A stretch of DNA of 64,000 nucleotides from Candidatus Altimarinota bacterium (GTDB taxonomy: Bacteria; Patescibacteriota; Gracilibacteria; 1-14-2-50-48-13): assembly GCA_046314355.1 (NCBI GenBank), contig JBKBWQ010000001.1:832001-896000 (forward strand). Reading direction: 5' to 3'. Shown here piece after piece: positions 9,956 through 19,498 of this stretch. A program made the position numbers and the translations under genes. The number at the start of each line of letters is the position of its first letter. Position 1 is the stretch's first letter. Under the pieces are notes generated by a model. It was given only the letters and a program-made list of their open reading frames with translations, did not search any database and was not told the origin of the DNA.

Positions 9956-11218
9956 TTATTTATACTTCCCTCCCCAAATATTCAATTTAATACTCACCAA
10001 ATCAGTAAGAGTCCTAATAGCATCCTTAATCGGACGTACTCTTGAATCCTCAGAGTTATACCAAGCTACAGGTACTTCCTTGATAGAGTACTGCAGTATC
10101 TCGGCAAGCGCCAAAGCTTCCATATCAAAGCCAAATCCATCGATCTTCATGCGTGAGAATATATCCTGTGAGGCTTTATAGCTATAGAGTTTAAATCCGC
10201 ACTGGGTATCTTTGATATCATCTATGAGAGTTACCTGGATGAGCAGATTTGCCATTCTTCCAAGCATGATACGGTACCACGGCTGACGTATCTCAAGCTT
10301 GCTGCCTTTCATATACCGTGACCCAATCAGTATGTCTGCATCCGTAACCTGACTATCAAAGCTTGCGAGCTCTTCAATAGGAGTAGAATTATCTGCATCT
10401 GTAAACAATACATATTTACCTTTTGCATCGAGCATTCCCATACGTACCGCATATCCCTTTCCATGATTCTCTTTATTATCAATACATCTCAGATGAAGCT
10501 TAGGATATTTTTCAATAAACTTTGCTACTTCTTTTACTGTAGTATCTTTGCTACCATCATTTACCACCACTATTTCTACTTTCTTTGGAAAATCTGCGAG
10601 AAACTTTTCTATTTTTTCAAGAGTCGCAGGAAGACGTTTTGCCTCATTATATGCAGGAATTACTATAGAATATTCAAATTCAAAATTTTCCGGTATGTCT
10701 ATGTTTCTCTGGTCAATAAACCGTACTCTAAAGGTCCAATATTTATTTACCAGAAAGTTCCAGATCAGTACCACTCCTGAGGTTACTACCTTTGCTAGCA
10801 CCACCAGCATCACTGTAGATATAACGATACCTACAGAGCCCAAAAATAAATCAAATGCCCGTATAAGTACAAACATAAGAAGGTTGCTCAAAAGCAATCC
10901 GCCCAGCGCCACAAGAAGAAATTTTACAAATCTTCTCTTCTGTCCCTTTCTGCTGGATTTGAATGTCCACCATTGATTTAAGAGGAAATTATTTATAACA
11001 GCAAGAGTAAAAGAGATCGATACATATAAGTAAAAAATATGATCAATCTGCGGATCTATACCAGTTGCATCCACGAGAAAAGCAAGCACCCCTACATCAA
11101 TAAGAGTACCCAATACACCCACCAAAGCGTATTTGATAAATACCTTTGTGAAGAAAGAAGAGAAAATCCCGGTTTTAGATGAGGATCGAGACACGTGTGT
11201 GGGAGAATAAAACAACAA
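9956..11218 (-). CDS. GtrA-family flippase fused to GT2 polyprenol-phosphate glycosyltransferase
   Basis: N-terminal 4-TM GtrA (KYALVGVLGT, NFLLNQWWTF, WNFLVNKYWTF); C-terminal SIVIPAYNE, VNDGSKD, NHGKG, FTDAD, DTQCGFK, FGFDME. Confidence 0.9.
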   Translation of the reverse strand: MLFYSPTHVSRSSSKTGIFSSFFTKVFIKYALVGVLGTLIDVGVLAFLVDATGIDPQIDHIFYLYVSISFTLAVINNFLLNQWWTFKSSRKGQKRRFVKFLLVALGGLLLSNLLMFVLIRAFDLFLGSVGIVISTVMLVVLAKVVTSGVVLIWNFLVNKYWTFRVRFIDQRNIDIPENFEFEYSIVIPAYNEAKRLPATLEKIEKFLADFPKKVEIVVVNDGSKDTTVKEVAKFIEKYPKLHLRCIDNKENHGKGYAVRMGMLDAKGKYVLFTDADNSTPIEELASFDSQVTDADILIGSRYMKGSKLEIRQPWYRIMLGRMANLLIQVTLIDDIKDTQCGFKLYSYKASQDIFSRMKIDGFGFDMEALALAEILQYSIKEVPVAWYNSEDSRVRPIKDAIRTLTDLVSIKLNIWGGKYK

Positions 11219-11256
11219 AAGTAAGTATAAAGGCTTACCCGATGTAAGTCAAAATA

Positions 11257-12354
11257 CTATCTGATTCCGCTTCCGATAATGGCAATGATTACGCCGACCA
11301 CAGCGAGCATCATACCTATAATCCATAGACGCATGACAATATTTGACTCCGGCCATCCGCAGGCCTGCAGCGCATGATGAAAGGGAGCAGCCTTATAAAT
11401 CTTTCTCTTAAGAAACTTTTTGGAAAGGATCTGAGTAAAGCTTGTAAATACTTCCCAGTAGAAGATTAGACCAATAATAACAAGTACAATAAATGTATTC
11501 GTCATCATGGCGATCACACCCAAGGTCGCGCCTAAAGCCAGAGATCCCGTGTCCCCCATAAAGAGCTTTGCCGGAGATACATTATACCAAAGAAATCCCG
11601 CGAGTGCTCCTACGATGACCGCACAAAAGGTCGCGAGAAAGATCATGTGATCAGATCCAAGACTTGGATTATTGCGGATATATGCGATAACAGCAAAAGC
11701 AGTAAAAGCAATAGCAAGGAGTCCTCCTGCAAGTCCATCTAGACCATCCGTCACATTCACAGCATTTGCAGTAGAGATGATAACAAACACAAAGAGAGGC
11801 ACATACCAAATACCAATATTAAAATCTCCGATACGGGGAATATGGATCGAATTCCATTCAAGCTTATAGTGAAACCAGAGAGCGCCAGCGAGAGCAAAGA
11901 TAGTAAGCCAGAGCATTTTTTTCCATGCGCTTATTCCCTTCTGCTTCCCTATGCCGTTTGCATTGAGATAGTCATCAAAGGCACCGAGAAGTCCTATAAA
12001 AATCAAAGTGAAAAACGGAAGCCAAACTTCAGATCTATTCAAAATAGAGTGATACACTTCATCAAAAGGAAGATAATATCCAATACCCGCATAGGCAAGG
12101 ATACGTGAGATAAGCAATACCGCAGCAACTGTACCCCAGATAATGATTCCACCTCCATTTGGAGTACCAGCCTTATGCTTGTGATGTTCAATAAAAATAC
12201 TTGCATCCTGACCATCTACAGCAGCTTCACGTATTTGTTTTACAAAGCCGAATCTGCGGAGAAGACGTATAGCAGGAGGAGTAGCGAGAATAGCTATGAG
12301 AAAAGCAAGGGAGCCATATCCGAAGATAAACACAAGGTCTGGTACGTAGTTCAT
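11257..12354 (-). CDS. mraY: Phospho-N-acetylmuramoyl-pentapeptide transferase
   Basis: KAGTPNGGG, GAFDD, NAVNVTDGLDGL, FMGDTGSLALG, APFHH. Confidence 0.97.
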   Translation of the reverse strand: MNYVPDLVFIFGYGSLAFLIAILATPPAIRLLRRFGFVKQIREAAVDGQDASIFIEHHKHKAGTPNGGGIIIWGTVAAVLLISRILAYAGIGYYLPFDEVYHSILNRSEVWLPFFTLIFIGLLGAFDDYLNANGIGKQKGISAWKKMLWLTIFALAGALWFHYKLEWNSIHIPRIGDFNIGIWYVPLFVFVIISTANAVNVTDGLDGLAGGLLAIAFTAFAVIAYIRNNPSLGSDHMIFLATFCAVIVGALAGFLWYNVSPAKLFMGDTGSLALGATLGVIAMMTNTFIVLVIIGLIFYWEVFTSFTQILSKKFLKRKIYKAAPFHHALQACGWPESNIVMRLWIIGMMLAVVGVIIAIIGSGIR

Positions 12355-12464
12355 AGATACTAGAAAAAGAGTGAACAGATATGTGCATTCTAATCGAATA
12401 ACTCAAGAGAGCAAATATAAGAGAAAAGAATTATTTACTTAGCTCTATGCAGTCGGTTATAGTG

Positions 12465-13673
12465 TTATGCTTCTTTTATATTTAGTTGCATTATTTTATT
12501 AGCATAAAGTATGTTTGTTGCTAAAACTACCAAAGCAATACAAACAAAAGCCGTCGAAAGCGGTAAAAAAGAGAGAACCTGCTTGCCTACAGTTGTATAC
12601 AATGCAAATATAGAAAATATGAGAGAACGCGTAGTAGCAATTGCTTTCCCTCCTACGACGTTCACAAGCACCTGATTCCAGGCTGGCTGCCAGAGTCCAT
12701 CAAATGCCACAAATATAATGTATATACCTGCAAGTATAACCCAATCATGTAGGAAGAAAGCTGCAGCACAAAGAATAAGACTTTGAATAATTGTTGCGAT
12801 GATCCAACTCAATCCATAGGAGTATTTTTCAGAAAAATTATTCCCAAACTTTAACATATACATCATCGCAGCAGTAGCTAGAGCAGAAATAATACCTGAA
12901 GCAAAAGAAGGCATATGAGCATCTGTCAGCACTGGAAAGATTACAAGCGGAAGATATGAGATATGATTTCCAAATGTACGGAAAATAAGAAGAGTCCTGA
13001 TATCTTTATTAGTCAGAACATTCATGAAAGCCATCTTTGCGGTTCGGAAATACTTTCTCACTCTACTTTCTTCCTCAACTAAATTTAGCTCTTTCTCCGT
13101 AACTTCCTTTAATCTAAATGTAAGAGCCACTAAAACAGTTGCTCCAATTATATCCATACCTGCAAGAATGCGGTACCCCTCTTCATGAAAGAAAAAAAGA
13201 ACTCCTGAGGCAATCAATGGACAGATTAATCCAGCAAATTGTTCAATTATCATAAATCCACTGATGACGCGTCCGAAACTTTTCTCTTTACCCAGAACCC
13301 TCAAATTAGTTTCCAAAAAAGCCTGCCCCGTTCCACTCCAGAAGCTCCAATATAAAGCAGCAAATACGGCCGCTGCAATAAATCCCCAAAAACCTGGGAA
13401 TAGAAACAGCAATAATGCACCAATAAAGTTACAAATAACTGAATATAGAAGAGACTTTTTTAATCCTGAAACATCAGCAAAAATAGAAGTAGGGAGCTCA
13501 AAAAGCCAGTTACAAAGTGTTGCTGCATTTGCAATAAGCGTTATCTCCACCAAACCCAATCCCGTATATTTATAGAGCAATGTCACTACTGGAGTCAGAA
13601 ACAAAAAACCTGCAAAAAGATTAATAAGACGCTGGAGCTTTATATTTCTTTCTGCAGTTTGTATAGTTATCAT
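12465..13673 (-). CDS. MFS transporter
   Basis: About 12 TM helices; FELPTSIFADVSGLKKS motif A; SFWSGTGQA. Confidence 0.88.
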   Translation of the reverse strand: MITIQTAERNIKLQRLINLFAGFLFLTPVVTLLYKYTGLGLVEITLIANAATLCNWLFELPTSIFADVSGLKKSLLYSVICNFIGALLLFLFPGFWGFIAAAVFAALYWSFWSGTGQAFLETNLRVLGKEKSFGRVISGFMIIEQFAGLICPLIASGVLFFFHEEGYRILAGMDIIGATVLVALTFRLKEVTEKELNLVEEESRVRKYFRTAKMAFMNVLTNKDIRTLLIFRTFGNHISYLPLVIFPVLTDAHMPSFASGIISALATAAMMYMLKFGNNFSEKYSYGLSWIIATIIQSLILCAAAFFLHDWVILAGIYIIFVAFDGLWQPAWNQVLVNVVGGKAIATTRSLIFSIFALYTTVGKQVLSFLPLSTAFVCIALVVLATNILYANKIMQLNIKEA

Positions 13674-13685
13674 AGTACTTTTCTA

Positions 13686-14285
13686 TCAAACTATTAATTC
13701 ATACTGTGAAGTTTCAGTAGAAATCACTATCTTACCTTCTCGTTTCTGCACTGTTTGAACTGCTGTTGTATTACCGCCTTCCCGTAACTCTATATTTCTT
13801 CCAGGTATGATTTCATTTTTTAAAGTACCATATAGCTCTTTCCCAATAGCTACCCCTGAATTACTATTCAACACAATTTTTTTTAAACGAATCTTTTCAC
13901 CCGCTTTAGGTATTCTGATCTGATCTAAAAGGAGATCTTTTCTCGCATTAAAAACTGTATTTACTTTGTTTATTAAATTTAGAGAAGTGTTATTTTCAAG
14001 ATCCTTAGCTGAAAGCTGGTACCCTAAAGTTAGTCCCTTCTCATTCCAATACATACCAATTTCACGACCATTTCCAAGCTTAATATAATCTTTTTTATAT
14101 CCTCCTTCTAGATTCTTTCCCACATTAAACTGTTTGATCTTTCTCACAAATTCTTCCTTTGAAAGACCATATACCATTAATGATGGAAGTACTTGTTTTA
14201 GTCCAGGCATTCTTTCCATATAGAGATTCGCCTTTTCTTTATCTTCCGATTCTCTTGAAGAGAAATAGTTCGGTGAGTTATTCAT
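13686..14285 (-). CDS. Hypothetical protein
   Basis: 199-aa ORF, co-oriented between T4CP and MFS genes; beta-rich C-terminus; no family recognised. Confidence 0.65.
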   Translation of the reverse strand: MNNSPNYFSSRESEDKEKANLYMERMPGLKQVLPSLMVYGLSKEEFVRKIKQFNVGKNLEGGYKKDYIKLGNGREIGMYWNEKGLTLGYQLSAKDLENNTSLNLINKVNTVFNARKDLLLDQIRIPKAGEKIRLKKIVLNSNSGVAIGKELYGTLKNEIIPGRNIELREGGNTTAVQTVQKREGKIVISTETSQYELIV

Positions 14286-14347
14286 AAAATATTAGTGAAA
14301 GGTTCTTTTTATTATAACATAAGCCCTCATTACATACCCTATTTTAT

Positions 14348-16747
14348 TTATAAAGCTCCCATTCGAAACCTGATCTCCTGATCAACAAATTCTCTTTGTC
14401 GCCCGTACTTCAGACGTGAGAGCTGTCGATAGGCATCTGCTGCCTCCTTATCAAAGTCGTATCCCTGCATTGTGAAATGTCTCTGCACATCAAAGTTGAA
14501 CGGACGGGATGGAGTCAAATTAATACTAAGTTTCATGATTGCCTTAAATTCATCCTGATTTGAAATATCCTGTTCTGAAAATACCGGAGCAAAGATCTTT
14601 GCCATAAATTCCGCATCCACTTCACCAGTTTTATACGCAAGGATATTACCCACGTTACCGAATATGGCACCTTTCAATGAAGTACTACCTGATATATCTT
14701 TCTTCTCAAGCTGATCCATATACTGATGTGCAAGACAGAGACTTACACGATATTTTCGTGCTTCAGAAAGAATAGATTCGATAGAGTCCGTCACAAAGTT
14801 CTGGAACTCATCCACATACACAAAGAATTCTCTTCGGTCTTTCTTTTCAATCTTCTGTCTTCTCATAGCAGATACTTGTAGCTTTGAAATAAGAATCATA
14901 CCAAGTAGTTGTGCATTCAAGTCACCTATAAGACCTTTTGATAAACGGCAAAGTATGATTTTTCCATCCTGCATAGCCTGGAACATATCAAAGGATGATT
15001 TTGCCTGACCAAGGATATTCCGGATAGTGGAGTTGGTAGTAAACTGACCAAATTTCGCTGCAAAATACGGGATCATTTCCTGTTTTTCTCTATCACCCAT
15101 ACCATCAAAAGTATTATCCCACCATGATTTTACAATTGGATTTACCACATAAGAACGCATCTTTTTCTGAAAATCCTGATTTACGAAAAGACCAAGCACG
15201 TCAATAATAGTACCTCCTTCAGGAGCAGCCATAAGGGTCAGTACTCCATTTCGGAAGTAGTCCTGGATACGCGGACCAAACACTTCGTTACCGAAGAGCT
15301 TGATCATCATATTCATCGCATCTAATGCCACTAGTTCTTTCTCATCATCCCCTTCTGCCTCAAGCATATTCAGTCCAAGCGGCCGCTCAGTATCAGATGG
15401 ATCAAAGATGATAACATCGTCCGCACGTTCTCGAGGGATAAATCCGATAAAATCATCCGCCAGTTCTCCATGAGGATCCATCATCATCATCCCCTCACCT
15501 TTTCGTACACTTTGTTTCATCATGGTTTGAAGAATCGTACTTTTACCAGTACCAGTTTGTCCAATAATATAGAAATGTCTAAATCTATCTTCCTGTTTAA
15601 TACGGACCTCTTTTCGAGATCCCCGGTAATTCACATGACCAAGCAGAATACCATCTTCCGGAAGATTATCTGGTGGAGCCGACATCTTGGATTTTTGCCA
15701 CTTGATCGCAGGAGATCTATTGAACTTGATATGAGGAAAATGAAAGAGACTCGCGATTTCGTCCGTAGAGAGGATGACTTTTGGCTCCTTCCAGTAATCC
15801 TTTTCAAAAAGACGGTAAATAGCATGAGTAAGTATTCTTCGGGACTTTGCCTTCTTTATCTTTGTAATAGAGTTCATCCGCGGATGACTAAACTGTACAA
15901 AAGAACTCACTATGCTCTGCAGCTGATTTTTAGCCTGAAAAGCTGTAGGAGCTGAAGTTAGCACACGGATATGCGCCTCAAATCCTACTTTAAATGATTT
16001 TTGTTCTACAGATTTTGCCGTCTCTTCCGTCAGAGGAGAAAGACGTTTGTTCTCATCCTTCTTCGGCTGCGGGTTCATGATCTTCCAGAATTCATCCCAG
16101 ATACTCTTGATAGTCAATTTATCTTTCTTCTTATCATTCAAAATATTCTCCGCAAGCTTTTTGGATTCATCCTGCCATTTATCAGCCACAGGTTTTAAAA
16201 GTATCTGAATCATTGCCCCCTCATCCGGACCAATTTTGGAGAGTGAGTTAGTAATATTATTTAAAGGATCAGACTCAAGCTGTGCATATGTTTTAAGCGG
16301 ATATGTATATTCTTTTTTTAAAGTAAGGCTGCACGCCTCCTGCACTCCGTTCTCCTGAAAAATATTATAATCCTCCTCTATCTCAACAATAGCATCAGGA
16401 TAAAAACTCGTAATCTGCTTTTCAATAAGCTGCTGCAGCTCCCCAGGAACCACCACATAAAAATACACCTGCGTCTTCAATACCGCATATTCAAAGGAAA
16501 CATAGTTTTCGCTTCCTATCTCATGAAGCGAAGCAAGCAGCTGCTCCATCACGGACACCACATCCTTAAAAGGAAGATTCGACTGAGAGTCTTTCTTTTC
16601 ATCAAGATCAGACTCTTTTATCGGCAGTATTACTCGCATAAAACTCAAAGAAAGCGCCTTCTCAAGCACCTTTTTCCTACGGTTATCCCTCTTGTACCAG
16701 AGATACGCACCTACGACTATAATAAGAACAAGAAGAAGTTCTACCAT
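14348..16747 (-). CDS. Type IV secretion coupling-protein-like ATPase (TraD/VirD4/HerA superfamily, CPR type)
   Basis: N-terminal TM; RFRHFYIIGQTGTGKST Walker A; DPHGE; YVDEFQNF Walker B; ILSEARKY; LAHQY; IFGNVG. Confidence 0.9.
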   Translation of the reverse strand: MVELLLVLIIVVGAYLWYKRDNRRKKVLEKALSLSFMRVILPIKESDLDEKKDSQSNLPFKDVVSVMEQLLASLHEIGSENYVSFEYAVLKTQVYFYVVVPGELQQLIEKQITSFYPDAIVEIEEDYNIFQENGVQEACSLTLKKEYTYPLKTYAQLESDPLNNITNSLSKIGPDEGAMIQILLKPVADKWQDESKKLAENILNDKKKDKLTIKSIWDEFWKIMNPQPKKDENKRLSPLTEETAKSVEQKSFKVGFEAHIRVLTSAPTAFQAKNQLQSIVSSFVQFSHPRMNSITKIKKAKSRRILTHAIYRLFEKDYWKEPKVILSTDEIASLFHFPHIKFNRSPAIKWQKSKMSAPPDNLPEDGILLGHVNYRGSRKEVRIKQEDRFRHFYIIGQTGTGKSTILQTMMKQSVRKGEGMMMMDPHGELADDFIGFIPRERADDVIIFDPSDTERPLGLNMLEAEGDDEKELVALDAMNMMIKLFGNEVFGPRIQDYFRNGVLTLMAAPEGGTIIDVLGLFVNQDFQKKMRSYVVNPIVKSWWDNTFDGMGDREKQEMIPYFAAKFGQFTTNSTIRNILGQAKSSFDMFQAMQDGKIILCRLSKGLIGDLNAQLLGMILISKLQVSAMRRQKIEKKDRREFFVYVDEFQNFVTDSIESILSEARKYRVSLCLAHQYMDQLEKKDISGSTSLKGAIFGNVGNILAYKTGEVDAEFMAKIFAPVFSEQDISNQDEFKAIMKLSINLTPSRPFNFDVQRHFTMQGYDFDKEAADAYRQLSRLKYGRQREFVDQEIRFRMGAL

Positions 16748-16785
16748 GAAATCTTAAGAAATAGCATACATATACATTGTAACGT

Positions 16786-16859
16786 GAGTACAGACGCAAT
16801 GCAAGTAGTCTAATGAGGAGTGTAACTCAAGTGGTAGCATCTCCGAAACGTTTGTATTT
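16786..16859 (+). ncRNA. Hammerhead-ribozyme-like fold with variant core (possibly inactive)
   Basis: CTAATGA (16810-16816), GGAG...CTCC stem II, GAAAC (16845-16849); TACAGACG pairs with CGTTTGTA as stem III; stem I weak. Confidence 0.35.
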
Positions 16860-16988
16860 GGAGACCCCTCCCGCAGCTCATATCTCCGCAGCTTAAGATA
16901 AAGAATAACTCTGCAGGATGACGCGCTCCCTATCCTTATTATGTACCACAGAGATATTGCCATCTCTAGAAGCGAGAGAATCGCACCG

Positions 16989-17423
16989 AATGATGAGAGT
17001 CTCCGGGCTCCAACCCCCTGTGTCCCCCTTCTCAGGGGGATAGCTCATAGGCTCCCTAACCCGAGTCCTGACATGTACGGCAGGTACATCGCCTGGCTGC
17101 GTAGTGGACTAGTAACTAGTGACGGTCACTAGTTACTAGTCACTCGAGCCCTCATCTAGACCACGCCGTCCCTGGGGGTTTGGGGGAGGAGAAGCGTCTG
17201 ATTACTTTTAGAAAGCAACCTCTCTGCCAGACGCTTTTCTCCTCCCCCAAGACTTTTGGTTACTTTTGGTCACAAAAGTGACGCCCCACCGGCAGGTGAA
17301 GAAGAAACCACTTACTTCATCAAGCACCCTTCACCTCACTCAAACCTTTATCTCTTATAAGAGGATTTGTGAAAACTATAAGAACACTAGTTGAATAAAC
17401 CAATATCCGACAATGGATTCCCG
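16989..17423. repeat. 435-bp structured intergenic element, copy 1
   Basis: About 95% identical by eye to 28517-28951; GC-rich hairpins; perfect 17-bp-arm palindrome at 17107-17141. Confidence 0.95.
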
Positions 17424-17463
17424 CCGGAGTTTATGCTGGTGCAGATCAGTACGGGAATGACAG
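17414..17463. repeat. GGATTCCCG...CGGGAATGAC palindromic unit (CGTC/dRS3-like)
   Basis: tggattcccg, internal loop, cgggaatgaca. Confidence 0.7.
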
Positions 17464-17547
17464 ACATTTGATCACAAAAGTAACAAAGCTTTTGATTCTT
17501 TACCGAAAAGAATATATCCTCTCACTGTATATTTTTTCCAGTTTTCC

Positions 17548-18663
17548 ATGAGAATCGGTATAGATGCCCGCATGTACAGCCCTAAGTTTACAGGTATCGG
17601 ACGTTATAATTATGAGCTTATCAACCACCTTTTTGAGATAGATAAAGAAAACACCTATGTCATCTTCATGAACGAACCTGAATACTCAGAGTTCACCTTT
17701 TCAGCGAAAAATGTCGAAAAAATCTGTGCGGGAGCAAAGTATTATTCACTCGGCGAACAGCTAAGCTTTATGAAGAAGCTCTATCAGGCACGTCTTGATG
17801 TCATGCACTTCACACACTTCAATAATGCCCTGCTCTACTTTAAAAAGCAGACAGTAACCATCCATGATCTTACACTTTCTTTCTTTCCCGGAAAAAAGAT
17901 GACAAAGTGGTATCATAGAGTTGCTTACTTCTTAAGCGTATGGGGAGTTACAAAGAAAGCATACCGGATCATAGCAATCTCAGAGAATACAAAAAACGAT
18001 CTTATAAAAGTACTCAGGGTTCCAGAGAAAAAAATTACAGTGGTTACAGAAGGAGCTTCGCAGGATTTTTCAAAAATCACTGACAAGATGAGATTAAGTG
18101 AAACAAAGAAAAGACTTGGGCTTTCACGTCCTTTCTTTTTATATACAGGAGTATGGAGAGATCATAAGAATCTCGTTGGTCTTATAAAGGCATTTCATAA
18201 GCTCACTCTTTCAAAGGACTTTGATGCAGATCTCGTCATCACTGGACGCCATGATCCTGTCTATACAGAAGTAAAAGACACCGTTCAAGAACTGCACCTT
18301 GAAGACAGAGTCAAACTCGTAGGAATGGTCTCAGAGGGAGATCTCACTGCTCTCTATTCCCTTGCTACTCTTTATACTTTTCCATCATTCTATGAAGGAT
18401 TTGGTCTTACTATCTTAGAAGCCTTCGCGGCAGAACTTCCCGTAGCCTGCTCAAATACATCCAGTCTTCCAGAAGTTGGGGGAGATGCTGTTATCTATTT
18501 CGATCCTTATTCCATAGATGATATGGCTGAAAAAATAGGCATGTTATATGATGACAAAGAACTTCAGAAGGAGCTCATTCTCAAAGGAAAAAAACAACTC
18601 TCTGTATTTTCATGGGAAGATATGACAAAAAAGATACATGATATTTATCTAATGAAAAACTAA
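17548..18663 (+). CDS. GT4 family glycosyltransferase
   Basis: MRIGIDAR, TGIGRY, VTIHDL, HKNL, FPSFYEGFGLTILEAF, SLPEVGGDA. Confidence 0.95.
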   Translation: MRIGIDARMYSPKFTGIGRYNYELINHLFEIDKENTYVIFMNEPEYSEFTFSAKNVEKICAGAKYYSLGEQLSFMKKLYQARLDVMHFTHFNNALLYFKKQTVTIHDLTLSFFPGKKMTKWYHRVAYFLSVWGVTKKAYRIIAISENTKNDLIKVLRVPEKKITVVTEGASQDFSKITDKMRLSETKKRLGLSRPFFLYTGVWRDHKNLVGLIKAFHKLTLSKDFDADLVITGRHDPVYTEVKDTVQELHLEDRVKLVGMVSEGDLTALYSLATLYTFPSFYEGFGLTILEAFAAELPVACSNTSSLPEVGGDAVIYFDPYSIDDMAEKIGMLYDDKELQKELILKGKKQLSVFSWEDMTKKIHDIYLMKN

Positions 18664-18671
18664 TACCCACT

Positions 18672-18980
18672 ATGGCTTTTACTCCTCTTTCCTCTTTAAT
18701 ACTCAGGTCCGCAAAAAAATATAAGGTAGAGGATTCAGCAAAGGCTTCTCTTGTTATTAAAACAGCAAAAACTCTCGTGGGTGAAATTTTTTCAAAAGTA
18801 ACCTCTTCACCAGAGAACCTTATTACCAGAATATTCTTTGACCGCGATATGCTCACTATCTGCGTAGCCAATGCAAGCGTATGCCAGGAGCTACATATGA
18901 GACAGGACGACCTTATGGCTGACATTAATAAAACGCTCCCTTTTCCTTGGGTAAAAAAGATAAAGATCAAAATCTTTTAA
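18672..18980 (+). CDS. dciA: DciA/DUF721 family helicase-loader-like protein
   Basis: Size and pattern MAFTPLSSLI...LTICVANASVCQELHMRQDDLMADIN...VKKIKI. Confidence 0.7.
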   Translation: MAFTPLSSLILRSAKKYKVEDSAKASLVIKTAKTLVGEIFSKVTSSPENLITRIFFDRDMLTICVANASVCQELHMRQDDLMADINKTLPFPWVKKIKIKIF

Positions 18981-19057
18981 AAAGTCCTTTGTAACTCTTG
19001 CGGGTTTTGAAAGCATCTGATAGAATTAGTTGATACATAACTTTTATTCGTTACCTT

Positions 19058-19486
19058 TTGTTTATGTACAATTCCATTTCTTCATTTTTTAAGAAGCTAG
19101 CAGTAGGCGCAGGTGCACTTTACGCAGCTGCAACTCTTTCCCTGGTTCCTGTACTTGCAATAGGTTCAACAAATTTTGGTGTTGATAATGCCAAGGGACT
19201 GAACGTACAGGATGGTTCACTCCTTGATAACGTGACTAACATTATTAATACTGTCTTCCTTCTTCTTGGAATAGTGGCAGTAGGATTTATTGTATGGTCT
19301 GGTATCAGCATCATTACTTCTAAGGATAATGAGGAGAAGCTTAAAAAAGCTCAGAAGTACCTTATCAATGCAGTTATCGGTTTCGTTCTCATTGCACTTT
19401 CATGGACAATTGTGAGCTTTATCATCGCTGCAATCAATAGTGGTGAAAGTGGTTCTGAGGAATTCCAGACAGAACAGCTTTCATAA
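19058..19486 (+). CDS. VirB2/TrbC-like pilin (single unit)
   Basis: Signal peptide; LGIVAVGFIVWSGISIITSKDNEEKLKKAQKYLINAVIGFVLIALSWTIV. Confidence 0.85.
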   Translation: MFMYNSISSFFKKLAVGAGALYAAATLSLVPVLAIGSTNFGVDNAKGLNVQDGSLLDNVTNIINTVFLLLGIVAVGFIVWSGISIITSKDNEEKLKKAQKYLINAVIGFVLIALSWTIVSFIIAAINSGESGSEEFQTEQLS

Positions 19487-19498
19487 GTTCTCTAAGTT

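Noticed and set aside
16941-17132. 63-aa ORF in repeat copy 1 (also 16754-16963 and 28848-29036)
   Set aside because: Start and frame are not preserved in the other copy and the translations are not protein-like.
16989-17150. Hammerhead or group II intron domain V within the repeat (ATGATGAG, GAGCCTATG)
   Set aside because: No GAAA after a closing stem II, no valid domain V hairpin and no RT gene.
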